A DNA stretch of 64,000 nt. Source: Candidatus Thiodiazotropha taylori. Lineage in GTDB: Bacteria; Pseudomonadota; Gammaproteobacteria; Chromatiales; Chromatiaceae. How positions within the stretch are numbered: the stretch's first letter is position 1; every line of letters begins with the position of its first letter. The position numbers and the translations under genes were made by a program. Shown one piece after another: positions 8,798 through 20,484 of this stretch. The notes under the pieces were generated by a model. That model did no database searches, was not told where the DNA came from, and saw only the letters and a program-made list of their open reading frames with translations. The stretch spans positions 5,052-69,051 of the forward strand of contig JAEPBJ010000001.1 of assembly GCA_016843265.1 (NCBI GenBank), written 5' to 3'.

Positions 8798-9892
8798 TCA
8801 CTCAGGTTTGAGGCGCATTGCCGATGTAATCTCGTCCTCTTCCAGATCTTTCAGGACCAGACCTTCATCCGTTTTTTCCACCATGATATTCAGCAGGTTC
8901 ATTATGTTGCCTCCATAGAAGGCACTGGCATCCGATGGCACCATCGAAGGGTAGTTGGTATGCCCTACCAGAGTGACGCCATGCTTGACCACCACCTTGT
9001 CAGCCTCGGTCAGCGGGCAATTACCTCCGTTCGCCGCCGCCAGGTCGATGACCACTGAGCCCTCACGCATGTTCTTGATGACCTCTTCGGTCACCAGGGT
9101 CGGCGCGGGACGACAGGGGATCAATGCAGTAGTGATGATGATGTGGGCTTTGCTCAGCTCATCGGCCAACGCCTGCTGCTGTTTTGCCTTGGCCTCATCG
9201 GACAACTCTTTTGCGTATCCGCCTTCACCGGAGCCACTCTCACCGATATCCAGTTCGATCGCTTTGGCACCGAGGGATTCGATCTGCTCTTTGGTCTCAG
9301 GCCTTATGTCATAGGCGAACACCTCTGCACCCAGCCGTTTCGCCGTGGCGATGGCCTGCAGACCGGCAACGCCGGCACCCAGTACAACCAATCTTGCCGG
9401 TTTGGCCGAGCCTGCCGAGGTCATCATCAGAGGCAGAAAGCGACCGTAGTGGGCACCCGCCTCAATCACCGCGCGATAGCCGGCAATGTTGCTTTGAGAG
9501 GACAAGGCATCCATTGCCTGGGCTCTGGAGATCCGGGGTATCCGCTCCATGGCGAGAAACACAACCTCTTTCGCCAGAATCTGTTGCAGGGTCTCATCCT
9601 GTTCACAGGATTCAATATGCGATATCAGAATCGCCCCGTTCGGTAGATCCGCCACCTCATCAGCCGATGGTTTGCGCACCCGTACCAGAATGTCCGCTTT
9701 CAGTGCATCTGCTGCTGAAACAATCTGCGCACCCGCCTCGCTGTAGAGAGCATCGGAAAAATGGGCATGCTCGCCTGCACCTGCAGTGACATGGACTTCG
9801 AAGCCCTTCGCGATCAGTTTTTTAGTAATGTCAGGTGACAGAGCAACCCTGCGCTCTCCCGCCACCGACTCCTTTAACAGGCCTATTTTCAT
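8798..9892 (-). CDS. pntAA: NAD(P)+ transhydrogenase alpha subunit, NAD(H)-binding domain I
   Basis: [37 protein letters not shown]. Confidence 0.95.
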   Translation of the reverse strand: MKIGLLKESVAGERRVALSPDITKKLIAKGFEVHVTAGAGEHAHFSDALYSEAGAQIVSAADALKADILVRVRKPSADEVADLPNGAILISHIESCEQDETLQQILAKEVVFLAMERIPRISRAQAMDALSSQSNIAGYRAVIEAGAHYGRFLPLMMTSAGSAKPARLVVLGAGVAGLQAIATAKRLGAEVFAYDIRPETKEQIESLGAKAIELDIGESGSGEGGYAKELSDEAKAKQQQALADELSKAHIIITTALIPCRPAPTLVTEEVIKNMREGSVVIDLAAANGGNCPLTEADKVVVKHGVTLVGHTNYPSMVPSDASAFYGGNIMNLLNIMVEKTDEGLVLKDLEEDEITSAMRLKPE

Positions 9893-9950
9893 GTTTTTTT
9901 ACTCAGCCAAATTTATGTCTAATGAAATCATATACTTCAGATTGCGCTGC

Positions 9951-9979
9951 ATTATCCAGCCAAACAGAGGACTTCACAA
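9951..9979 (-). promoter_or_regulatory. sigma70 promoter of the pnt operon
   Basis: Minus strand TTGTGA-N17-GATAAT. Confidence 0.5.
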
Positions 9980-10332
9980 GTTGCGACAACTCCTTGCCTA
10001 GCCGTTCTAAGAGGGGGTCGAATCCAGCATAGCCCAAAAAAATTAAAAAATATTAACTGTTTATTTTCAGTATGTTACCGACTATATCATCCATATCCCG
10101 ATAGACAAATCAGGCTTCAACAAGGGGATAAAAACAGGTCGTTTTAAGTGGATGTAATCGTTTATTTTGGGATTATTTTCACAATTTTAGCAGTAATTAA
10201 TATACTGTCTAGCAAGCAAAAACGGCTTTTTACGGCTGTATCAACGCCTCTCAGAGCAGCTATCTTGTTCTTTTTTCAAACGGACCACCGGGCACACCAG
10301 CCACTACGCCTGGTTGTTCGGTGTACCAGGCC

Positions 10333-11280
10333 CTAGTAGTAAGTTCCGTAGTAGTTGGAACCTTTATCTTCCCGGCTTTTGTTCAACACCAGTCCGATCG
10401 CCTTCTCCTGATCGAGACGGGAGAGCGAGTCCTTGATGGCATCTACCGGGGTTTCACCGGCCTCAACAACCAACAGGATCTGTCCCATGTGCTGATTCAG
10501 AACCGCTGCTTCACTGGTTGCCAGAATCGGTGATGAATCAAAAATGATGATCCGGTCGCTGTAGCGATTGGACAACTCATCCAGCAAACGCTCCATCTCT
10601 TTACTGGCCAGCAGCTCGGTTGATTTTTCCGAGCGATGCCCTGCTGCGATCAATTTCAAACGGGGTATCTGAGTATGAATGATGACGTCACTCACATTGC
10701 ACTCTTTTTGACTCAACAGATCGATCAATCCCGGCTCGTTTTGGATTCCGAGCAGACGGCTCAGGGAGTATTTCAGCACATCCCCGTCGATCAGCAGCAC
10801 GGTGGTATCCAGCTCAGTCGCAATACTCAGGGCCAGATTCATGGCGGTGAAGGTTTTGCCTTCGGACGGCAGGGAACTGGCGATAGAGACCAGGTTTCCA
10901 TGGGTAATCGGTGCAGCCCCCTTTCCCAAGGCATTGCGAATCAACGGCCTTTTGATGATCCGGTACTCTTCAGAGAGTTGCTTATTACCGGAGTGTGGCA
11001 CGATGAAGCCGTTGCTGGAGAGCGCCTCATAATCGAGGTTGATCCGTTTTGCCTCTTCAATGCTCTCATTGACGGTCTCCTCCAGCGCTGGAGAAGCCTT
11101 CTCCTCCGCTGCTGCAGAAACCTTCTCCTCCACCGGCTGGGAAGCAGCGACTGTTTCGCTTGGTGCTGCCTCGGGTGTTGCCGTTTTTTCCGGCTCAACC
11201 TCCACAGCTGACCGATCCACAGACTTCTTCTCAGCTTTGGATTTCTCGAGACGTTCAATCGCTTTTTCTATGCTGCTCAT
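10333..11280 (-). CDS. XrtA/PEP-CTERM-associated tyrosine autokinase (BY-kinase)
   Basis: MSSIEKA start; EEYRIIKRPL; Walker A SSLPSEGKT, A' LLIDGD, B IIFDSSP; C-terminal Tyr cluster YYGTYY. Confidence 0.9.
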   Translation of the reverse strand: MSSIEKAIERLEKSKAEKKSVDRSAVEVEPEKTATPEAAPSETVAASQPVEEKVSAAAEEKASPALEETVNESIEEAKRINLDYEALSSNGFIVPHSGNKQLSEEYRIIKRPLIRNALGKGAAPITHGNLVSIASSLPSEGKTFTAMNLALSIATELDTTVLLIDGDVLKYSLSRLLGIQNEPGLIDLLSQKECNVSDVIIHTQIPRLKLIAAGHRSEKSTELLASKEMERLLDELSNRYSDRIIIFDSSPILATSEAAVLNQHMGQILLVVEAGETPVDAIKDSLSRLDQEKAIGLVLNKSREDKGSNYYGTYY

Positions 11281-11336
11281 TTAAACCAATTCCAAATTCA
11301 TTAGCACCTTGTCTGAATATAGTCCCGATCGATCGA

Positions 11337-11984
11337 TTAAAACCAGGTTTCCGGAATGATCAACACATCACCCGGCATCATTCTGACATTGGCTGAAATA
11401 TCGCCGTCACGAATCAGGTCATCCAGTCTGACCCGGTATTGGGAGGTCTTACCGTCGATCTTACGCACGATCGTCGCACTGTTGCCTGAAGCGAATTCGG
11501 TCAAACCGCCAACTTCGATGATCACATCCAGCAACGTCATACCTTCACGAAACGGCAGGGACTGGGGCTGGGAGGCCTGCCCGACGACACGAACCTGTTC
11601 GGTATAGCGACCGACAAACTGCCGTACGCTGACGGTGACCTTTGGGTTTTTGACAAACTTGGAGAGCCTGGACTCCAGGTTTCTGGCCAATTCTGTCGGA
11701 GTTTTGCCACTGGCCTGCAGATCTTCCACCAACGGGGTGGTTATAAGGCCATCGGGACGAACCACCACATCGGTCGTCAGCTCCTGGTCTCCCCAGACAA
11801 ATACATTCAGCGTGTCACCGGGGCCAATCAGGTAGAGTGGCGAAGAGGCCGAGGTCGAACCGTCAGAGCCGCCGCCGGTTGAAGTGGCCGCATTCATTTC
11901 AGGGGTGCTTGAACATGCCGTCAACAGCATCAGACCGAGGGCCGCGAAAAAACTTGTAATTTTCATATAATCTACTGATAACAT
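11337..11984 (-). CDS. XrtA/PEP-CTERM system polysaccharide export lipoprotein (Wza/Poly_export + SLBB)
   Basis: Lipobox LTAC; YLIGPGD, VRPDG.ITTPL, PGDVLIIPETWF. Confidence 0.9.
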   Translation of the reverse strand: MLSVDYMKITSFFAALGLMLLTACSSTPEMNAATSTGGGSDGSTSASSPLYLIGPGDTLNVFVWGDQELTTDVVVRPDGLITTPLVEDLQASGKTPTELARNLESRLSKFVKNPKVTVSVRQFVGRYTEQVRVVGQASQPQSLPFREGMTLLDVIIEVGGLTEFASGNSATIVRKIDGKTSQYRVRLDDLIRDGDISANVRMMPGDVLIIPETWF

Positions 11985-12063
11985 AACACTTTCCTGTAAT
12001 TTTTCGAGTTCGAGAACTGTTCCCGGTTCTTGTTGCTTAGGGCCTCTTCACAGCAACCCATAA

Positions 12064-14859
12064 TCAGCCATTTGCAGATGATAACTCACTTAATAGCTGC
12101 TTGGCTTCACTGGATTCTTCAAATTGTTGGTTATTATCCAGAATTGCCTGGAGAATTTCCTGCGCCTCCTTGTTTCGACCCTCAGCCTTCAACACAGCGG
12201 CGTAGTGATAGCGGATGGATGGATCAGAGGCTCTGTGGATAATTGGCTCAAGTAACTTCAGAGCAGATTTGGAATCCCCCTCCCGAAAGGTGAGCCAGGC
12301 ATAGGTGTCGATCACCGCCAGGGACGAATCACCGACCCGATCATAGGCCCTGCGGGCGAAATCGAGCCCTTTCTGCGGGTTCTTCTCGTAAACAAGCAAT
12401 GCCGCATTATTCAGGGCGATTACATTATCCGGTTCATCTGATAATAGTTCATCATAGAGTTTTATTGCTTCTTGCGGTTTTTCATTGGTTTGCAGAATCA
12501 TCGCCAGTGCCAGTTTCGCCTGCTTGTCTCCACCAGGCTGGGAATCGATTTTCCGCTGCAGGACCCCTGTCGCCGCATTGAGATTGCCACTCATGACGTA
12601 CATGTCGGCCAGTTTTCGGTAAAGATAGAATGGCGCTTCAGGTGTCAGATTTTTTTTCAGCAGGGAAATGGCCGACTGTGGCCTGCCTTTCGCCTGCAGC
12701 ACACCGGCACTCAATACCACACCGAGATATTTGCTCTTTGAATCCGCACTCAGTTGCTTGGCTACCGACTCAGCGACGTCATACTGTCCGCTCTCCAACG
12801 CCAGCTTGTACTTCAGCAGCATACCCTTTTGCGGCAATGGCTTGAGTCCATCGAGGGTCGACATGGCGGCGCCATAGTCCCCCTGCTTTCTCTGCAGATC
12901 GGCCAATTGCAGATAGGCCTCCTGGTTTTGCGGATTCAATCGGATCATTCGCTCAATTGTCGCCCCCGCCTGTTGATAATCACCCGACTGCTGATTCATC
13001 TCCGCGATCAGCGACAGCAGGGTCGGATTCTCAGTTTCCAGGAGTGCTTTGTTTTGCAGGTATCTGGCAGCCTTTTCCGGCTGTTTGGTTCGCAGGTAGT
13101 AACGGCTGGCGATTATGATCGGCAGTGTCGGGTTGCGTGAGGATGTCGCAGCCCGGTCTATCCATTTCAACGCCTCTCTCTGTTGACCGGAGCGCTCACT
13201 GATTTGTGCCAGCAGCAGCAAGGCGTGCGTATTCTCCGGGTCAGTCGCCAGGACCAGATCGAGCCGATCACCGCCCTCGCTCAATCGGCCATCCTCAAGA
13301 TCCATCCGACCCAGCGCCACCAGCGCCGGTACATAGGCTCTGTTCACTTCAACCGCATTGCGCAGATTCTCTCTCGCTTCATGCCGGTTACCGGATTGCA
13401 ACTCGATCACGGCACGCAGGTAATAGTCTGTTGCTGACAGGTTCTGGTTGTCGGCAAACACTTGATCAGACTTGTTTCTGGCCGCCGCGAGATCCTGTTT
13501 CTTCAGATAGGAGAGAATCAACAGATTGGTGGTGCTCTTACCGGACGTACTGTCCATCTGTTCAAGCTCTGCGATCGCATCGTCCACTGCACCCTGATTC
13601 AGATAGAGCTTCGCCAACTCCTGTCGGATCTGGGTATTTTCAGGATTGGATTTGACCGCCTTTTTCAGGTATTCGACCCCTTGCAGAAAATCTCCGGATT
13701 GACTGGCGGCAGCACCGATCATCGAGAGCAGTTGGTGATCCTTCTGCTGATCGCTTGAGGATTTGAGGACGGAGAGGGCTTCCTGGGGTTTGTTCAAGCG
13801 CAGTTTGATCTCGCCGAGCAGTTTTCTCGCTTGCAGATGAGTCGGTACCTGATTGACGTAGCGCGACAGCAGAACATTGGCCTGTTCCAGGTTGTTATCC
13901 GCAAAGTGGGTTGCTCCCAGCAGCAATATGGTCGGTAAGTGGTTTGGCAAGGCATTGTGCGAATCCGTCAACTCTGTTTTTGCCAGCTCATACTTTTTGT
14001 CGATGTAGTTGTGCAGACCGGACAAATAGACAACGATCGGATGGCTGCTGAACTCACGCTTGAGCTCACCGAGATACTGTTTACTCTCGCTGAATCTGGA
14101 TTTCAAAATCAGCATTTGAACCAGTGATGTCTGGGTGAGGAATTGCTCCTGTTTGGAGTCATCCGGCCGTCTGAGGGAGACCGCCCTTTTCAGAGACTCT
14201 ATCGCCTGATCGAACTGCTGCGACTTGGACTGGATACCACCCAGAGCACGCCAAGCCTGTGGATTCTCACCATCGAGAGCGATCGCTTTGTTGAGAAACT
14301 CGATCGCCTGCTCATCCCGGTCACGCATGCTTGCCGCTTTGGCGCGTACCACCAGCGCATGCGCATTCCCGGCATCCGTTTTCAGCAGGGTCTCAGCCAG
14401 ATTGTCGGCTTTTTCAGGCTGACGCAGGTGGATATAGGCATCAGCGACCGTCTGAATCAGCGGTCGCTGTTCCAGCGCGCTAAAATCATCGGCCTCATAG
14501 CGCTCGACAATCTGTTTGTATTTACCCTGCAGACGCCAGGCATCGAGAACGATCTGCTGAACCTCAGGATCTGCCTTTTGTGTTTGATTGACACTGTTGA
14601 TCTCCTTTTCAGCCGCGATTCCATCGCCCAGTTGCAAATAGGACTTGGCCAGCAGTATTCGACCCGCCTGGTGTTTTCCATTCGCTTGCAGAAGATTCTT
14701 GAGTTCGATGATCGCTTTGCTGAACTCCTGATTGGAATAACTGGTGAGTGCGTTTTGATAACGCTCCTCTTCACTCACCCCACCGGAACAGCCCACAAGC
14801 AGAATTACTGTGAGTATCAGTGTGGTGATCGTTGTCGATCCACGTCTATAGACGGCCAT
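12064..14859 (-). CDS. prsT: PEP-CTERM system TPR-repeat lipoprotein PrsT
   Basis: ATG at 14859 with GGAGA RBS; lipobox LVGC; AIIELKNLLQ; about 930 aa of TPRs; ALNNAA, DTYAW, PSIRYHYA; follows prsR. Confidence 0.88.
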   Translation of the reverse strand: MAVYRRGSTTITTLILTVILLVGCSGGVSEEERYQNALTSYSNQEFSKAIIELKNLLQANGKHQAGRILLAKSYLQLGDGIAAEKEINSVNQTQKADPEVQQIVLDAWRLQGKYKQIVERYEADDFSALEQRPLIQTVADAYIHLRQPEKADNLAETLLKTDAGNAHALVVRAKAASMRDRDEQAIEFLNKAIALDGENPQAWRALGGIQSKSQQFDQAIESLKRAVSLRRPDDSKQEQFLTQTSLVQMLILKSRFSESKQYLGELKREFSSHPIVVYLSGLHNYIDKKYELAKTELTDSHNALPNHLPTILLLGATHFADNNLEQANVLLSRYVNQVPTHLQARKLLGEIKLRLNKPQEALSVLKSSSDQQKDHQLLSMIGAAASQSGDFLQGVEYLKKAVKSNPENTQIRQELAKLYLNQGAVDDAIAELEQMDSTSGKSTTNLLILSYLKKQDLAAARNKSDQVFADNQNLSATDYYLRAVIELQSGNRHEARENLRNAVEVNRAYVPALVALGRMDLEDGRLSEGGDRLDLVLATDPENTHALLLLAQISERSGQQREALKWIDRAATSSRNPTLPIIIASRYYLRTKQPEKAARYLQNKALLETENPTLLSLIAEMNQQSGDYQQAGATIERMIRLNPQNQEAYLQLADLQRKQGDYGAAMSTLDGLKPLPQKGMLLKYKLALESGQYDVAESVAKQLSADSKSKYLGVVLSAGVLQAKGRPQSAISLLKKNLTPEAPFYLYRKLADMYVMSGNLNAATGVLQRKIDSQPGGDKQAKLALAMILQTNEKPQEAIKLYDELLSDEPDNVIALNNAALLVYEKNPQKGLDFARRAYDRVGDSSLAVIDTYAWLTFREGDSKSALKLLEPIIHRASDPSIRYHYAAVLKAEGRNKEAQEILQAILDNNQQFEESSEAKQLLSELSSANG

Positions 14860-14890
14860 CAGTTTCTCCAATCAATCCAAGTATTGTTAA

Positions 14891-14907
14891 GGCAGTTTGC
14901 AAGCCGG
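14891..14907 (-). promoter_or_regulatory. Possible sigma54 (-24/-12) promoter for prsT
   Basis: Minus strand CCGGCTTGCAAACTGC (GG-N10-GC), about 33 bp upstream of the ATG. Confidence 0.35.
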
Positions 14908-15052
14908 TAATTTTCGCTCTGTCTGTGTGCTAAAAATCTACTTATGAGTGGCTTCAAGACTACCCTGGCTCCCTATCTCACGTCATCGTCCAGGCTATTC
15001 CTGAAACCCGGAAAATGGCCTGTTGAGGTATCGGGCTATAACCGGTGATAGG

Positions 15053-16414
<1,362 letters not shown>

Positions 16415-16418
16415 GCAA

Positions 16419-18524
16419 TTACGCCTCTACAGTAGCATCTGACTGCCGGCCTGCTGCAGTCCCTGATTTAATAATCGGAATGGATATGGTGAAACAAGTG
16501 CCCTCACCAAGCTGGCTATTCACTGTCAGGCTGCCATTCAGGGAGTTTACGTACTCCCGGGTTTCATAGACGCCAATTCCCATTCCAGCATTTCCCTTGG
16601 TTGTCTGAAAGGGCCGAAACAATCGCTCTTTAATGAACTTATCCTCCATCCCTGAACCGTTGTCCTGAATGGTAATGATCGCATTCTGATCGATCTTCTC
16701 GACGGTTATCTTCACTTCACCGTCCTTATCGGTCGCTTCCTGAGCATTTTTAATCATATGAATCATAATCGCGGTGAAACGATCTTTATCTGCAACAATC
16801 TCTAAATAGTTGTCTTTGACCTTCAACTGAGGTTTTGGCTGATAGGCAAACAACTCATTGACCGCCTGAGCCACTGACTCTTCAATATAGAATTGTTTCG
16901 TTTCAGTCGACTCAAATCTACCCTGCCGTAATTGTGCCAACAGCCTGCCCATTTTGTTGACTGCATTGCCAATGGTTCTGACTGCATCGTCCATGAACTC
17001 CGGATTATTCTTATGTCGTTCAGCATTTTTCACAACCAGCTCGAGTTGTGCGATCAGGTTCTTTAAATCGTGTACGACAAAGGCTGACAACCGGTTGAAG
17101 GCCTCAAATTGATTGGCCCGGTTCAACGCCTCAGAGGCCTGCAGCAGTGCCAGATAGCCGCCCGCCTGTTTCGCCGCAGCTTTGATCAGATCCCGATCCT
17201 CCCAGTTGATCGAGGGTAGTGAATGGGAACGGATAAGCAGAGCAAATCCTATCAGGGCTTCATGATGTTTTATAGGTACTATTAACCAGGCATCCTGGAT
17301 ATCCGTCACGCGGTGATCCAGAACCAGATTGTCGTATCGTTCCGGGTATTTGTTCAGTTCGTCGATATCGATGATCCAGTCGCTACGCTGAAAATAGGCG
17401 ATTAATTCGTTCTCCGCCTGTAGATCCAGGGAAATATCATCGACCTGCCAACGACTGGTACAGTGGTATCGTCCATCTTCACCCAAGGTCCAGAGATAAC
17501 CGCCGCGGGACTCCGCGGAATCGGATATCGCCTGCACCACTCTGGGCAGTATCTGGCCGCCGCCGGGCCCCTCCGCGAGAGTTTGGACCACTCTCAACCA
17601 CTCGTCCCGCCAATCGTACTTGTAACTGAAAAAGTGTTTGTTGACGAAAACTTTCAGCTTGGCTCTGAGTGATCCGGAAAACAGCACCACCGCCAGAAAG
17701 CAGACCCCGGTGAAAACGAAGGCGATTTGTGTCGCTTTGCCCCAGGTTCCACCGTAATAGCGGATGTAGTAGCCAACCGCCGCCATCAGCACCAGATAGC
17801 TGCCGGCAACCAGCATGGTTGTGGCATGAAACACCACCTGCCTGGAGACGAAAACCCGCACGGACCAGCTGGGATTACGGGTTGCGGCAATCGCCACAAA
17901 GGGTGCGACCAGCGAGCTGGTAAAGCCCCTGGCCTGCCACAGGGCGGAATCCACCTGTTTGAACATCAACGCGTCGGCATAGAGAAAAAGATCGTAGACG
18001 AACAGTATGCCCATGCCGAAATAGAGATACTTGACCGCCCAGCGCATATCCGGCCGGGTACTGCGGTAGAGTTGCTCGATCAGCACCAGTCCGGCAATGG
18101 CAAACCCCAGATGCCCGACCAACTGAAAGCTGGCAGTACCGCCCCAGTTGCGCACCCCGGGGAAAAACTGGGCGGATAGCTCAACGCCCAACAGCAGAGC
18201 GGAGACGGAAAAGATCGTGACTGGGGCGTATCTGAGCAGGCCATCATCACCACCTGCCGCTGATTTGAGAATAGACAAGAGTCTCAGAAGAAAGGCAAAC
18301 CAGGCAATATTTTTCGCAATTTCAAACAGTTGATAGGTATTGGCAGTAAGTGCCGACTCCTGAACCTGAAAAGCGATCGCGGTCAGTGCCCAACAGGCGG
18401 ATGTGGTCGAGGCAATCAGCAGATAGGTCCCTTCGATACGCCCACGCCAGCTGGTCAGAAGAAGCACACTGAATATCAGAAACAGTGTCGCCGAAAATCC
18501 ATAGCCGATTATTCCGATAGTCAA
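16419..18524 (-). CDS. prsK: PEP-CTERM system histidine kinase PrsK
   Basis: Multi-TM N-terminus, KHFFSYKYDWRDEWL, FEAFNRLSAFVVHDLKN, HATPase GMGIGVYE. Confidence 0.93.
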   Translation of the reverse strand: MTIGIIGYGFSATLFLIFSVLLLTSWRGRIEGTYLLIASTTSACWALTAIAFQVQESALTANTYQLFEIAKNIAWFAFLLRLLSILKSAAGGDDGLLRYAPVTIFSVSALLLGVELSAQFFPGVRNWGGTASFQLVGHLGFAIAGLVLIEQLYRSTRPDMRWAVKYLYFGMGILFVYDLFLYADALMFKQVDSALWQARGFTSSLVAPFVAIAATRNPSWSVRVFVSRQVVFHATTMLVAGSYLVLMAAVGYYIRYYGGTWGKATQIAFVFTGVCFLAVVLFSGSLRAKLKVFVNKHFFSYKYDWRDEWLRVVQTLAEGPGGGQILPRVVQAISDSAESRGGYLWTLGEDGRYHCTSRWQVDDISLDLQAENELIAYFQRSDWIIDIDELNKYPERYDNLVLDHRVTDIQDAWLIVPIKHHEALIGFALLIRSHSLPSINWEDRDLIKAAAKQAGGYLALLQASEALNRANQFEAFNRLSAFVVHDLKNLIAQLELVVKNAERHKNNPEFMDDAVRTIGNAVNKMGRLLAQLRQGRFESTETKQFYIEESVAQAVNELFAYQPKPQLKVKDNYLEIVADKDRFTAIMIHMIKNAQEATDKDGEVKITVEKIDQNAIITIQDNGSGMEDKFIKERLFRPFQTTKGNAGMGIGVYETREYVNSLNGSLTVNSQLGEGTCFTISIPIIKSGTAAGRQSDATVEA

Positions 18525-19035
18525 TCAGTCATCCTCAAGGGTGCTTGGTTGTGTCGTTACTCAATGAACTTTTACTCCCTGACAGAGACTTACAACTGTA
18601 GGTTTTATTATCCCGATAATCACTGAGACCCTGTATACCCCTTGTTGAGGTGAGCAATCGTATTTGGCGTTTGAGTTGGACTATCCCAAATGCAGCGGTC
18701 ATCGTTTTTGGCAGATCACAACGAACAATGTTCGATTTAAGCCGACTACCGATTTCCCGATTACTATTCAGTATAGGGTCCTGCAGAAACTGAACTCATG
18801 AGGCTGTCGTCTATACTGCCGATTGAAGCAGATCCGGCGCTTGATTATGGTTCGGATACGATCGCCAAAATCGTGCTGATTCTGCGGCAAGCGCCACTAT
18901 AGTACACAAAGATAGTGAAACGATTCACCCTGTCAGCGTGATTTTTAACGGGAATCTGGATTCCAACACATAATCCCAGGATAATGGCCCACTTTTACGA
19001 CATATCAACACGGATAATTGACACGGGTTTATCTT

Positions 19036-19524
19036 ATGACCATCAATGCAGTCTCTTCACTACCTGCCCCTGAAGCAGCCACATGCCATCACCAGGCTGA
19101 AATCAATAAATCAAAGAAAATCAGAGGCTTCACACTAATCGAAGTCATGGTGGTCGTAGTCATACTGAGTATCCTTGCGGCGATCGTCGTGCCAAAAATC
19201 ATGGATCGACCTGAGCAGGCCCGCGTCACCAAAGCCAAGAGCGATATACGGGCGCTGGAAGCCGCCCTGAATCTCTACCGTCTGGATAACATGATCTATC
19301 CGACCACCGAGCAGGGGCTCGAGGCGCTGGTGAGCAAACCCACCGACTCTCCGGAACCCAGAAACTGGAAGGAAGGCGGCTATCTCGATCGATTGCCCAG
19401 CGATCCCTGGGGCAATGGATATCTCTACCTGAGTCCCGGTACCCATGGTACGGTCGATATCTATACCTCCGGCCTGGACATGCAATCGACAGACGATGAC
19501 ATCGGTAACTGGAATCTGGATTGA
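19036..19524 (+). CDS. gspG: T2SS major pseudopilin GspG
   Basis: G|FTLIE prepilin site; YPTTEQGLEAL; DPWGNGY; DDDIGNW. Confidence 0.95.
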   Translation: MTINAVSSLPAPEAATCHHQAEINKSKKIRGFTLIEVMVVVVILSILAAIVVPKIMDRPEQARVTKAKSDIRALEAALNLYRLDNMIYPTTEQGLEALVSKPTDSPEPRNWKEGGYLDRLPSDPWGNGYLYLSPGTHGTVDIYTSGLDMQSTDDDIGNWNLD

Positions 19525-19567
19525 TACCGCCCGTAACGATCAAGCGTAAGCCTAAGGGCACTTGGCC

Positions 19568-20072
19568 AATGCGAAGTGCCAAAGGATCGGGCATGGGCTT
19601 TACCCTGATCGAGGTGATGGTGGTGGTGGTCATCATCGGTATCCTGATCAACTACGTGGCAATCTCATTCGGGCGCAATGCCCCGGGTGACCAGCTCAGG
19701 GATGAAGCCCAGCGACTCAACAGTCTGCTTGAACTGGCCAGTGAAGAGGCGTTGCTCAGATCCATGTTGATCGGGGTGGATATCACCGAAGAGAGTTATG
19801 GCTTCCTCAGTCTCAACGAGGGGGAGTGGGAAGTGGTATCCGACAATCTGTTTCGCGAGCGGAAACTGCCCCCGGGAGTTGAAATCAGCGTTGCCACCGC
19901 ACTGCCCGAAGGGGATGACGAAGAGAAGCGAACCCCGGAGATCATCCTCCTTAACAGTGGCGAGATGACCACATTCGAGCTGAAAGTCAGCTCTGAACAG
20001 GTTGAAAGTTACTACCGTTTGACAGGCAATGAACTTGGCGAGCTCTCCCTGGAACATGTCTCACCCTACTGA
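19568..20072 (+). CDS. gspH: T2SS minor pseudopilin GspH
   Basis: G|FTLIE; SGEMTTFEL; position in operon. Start uncertain (19521-19593). Confidence 0.88.
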
Positions 20073-20484
20073 ACCACACGCCTGTGCCCTCCCCTCCACC
20101 AGGGGATCAGCCTGTAGTCGCAACAAGGGCTTTACCCTGCTGGAGATTCTGATTGCACTGGCAATTCTGGCGATCGCACTGACCTCGATCATCTCAGTGG
20201 CATCCAACCAATCGGTCAACGTCGCCTATCTCCGTGACAAGACCCTGGCCCACTGGGTCGCCATGAACCAGATGACAGAGCTGCAGGTCACCAACCAATG
20301 GCCCGCCACCGGCTCGAAAAAGGGTAAGGAGGAGATGGGACTGCAGGAGTGGCACTGGCAAAGGGAGGTCAGCAAGACACCGGATGACCGTGTCAGACAG
20401 GTGGAGATCCGGGTATTTCGCAACAAGGATGATGAGAGCAGTGTCACCCGCTTGGTGAGCTTTCTTTCACAACCGATCAAATGA
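20056..20484 (+). CDS. gspI: T2SS minor pseudopilin GspI
   Basis: G|FTLLE; LRDKTLAHWVAMN. Confidence 0.9.
   Translation: MSHPTEPHACALPSTRGSACSRNKGFTLLEILIALAILAIALTSIISVASNQSVNVAYLRDKTLAHWVAMNQMTELQVTNQWPATGSKKGKEEMGLQEWHWQREVSKTPDDRVRQVEIRVFRNKDDESSVTRLVSFLSQPIK

Noticed and set aside
8449-9892. pntA frameshift or pseudogene
   Set aside because: The split matches the known three-subunit architecture and the second part has its own RBS.
10148-10336. 62-aa hydrophobic ORF in the AT-rich pnt/kinase gap
   Set aside because: GTG start without a clear RBS; hydrophobicity is explained by the AT-rich sequence. Cannot be supported.
18525-19035. Search for a PrsR enhancer, sigma54 promoter or hidden gspC in the prsK/gspG gap
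   Set aside because: Only near misses (TGGCGTTTGAGTTGG has GG instead of GC at -12); no ORF long enough for GspC.
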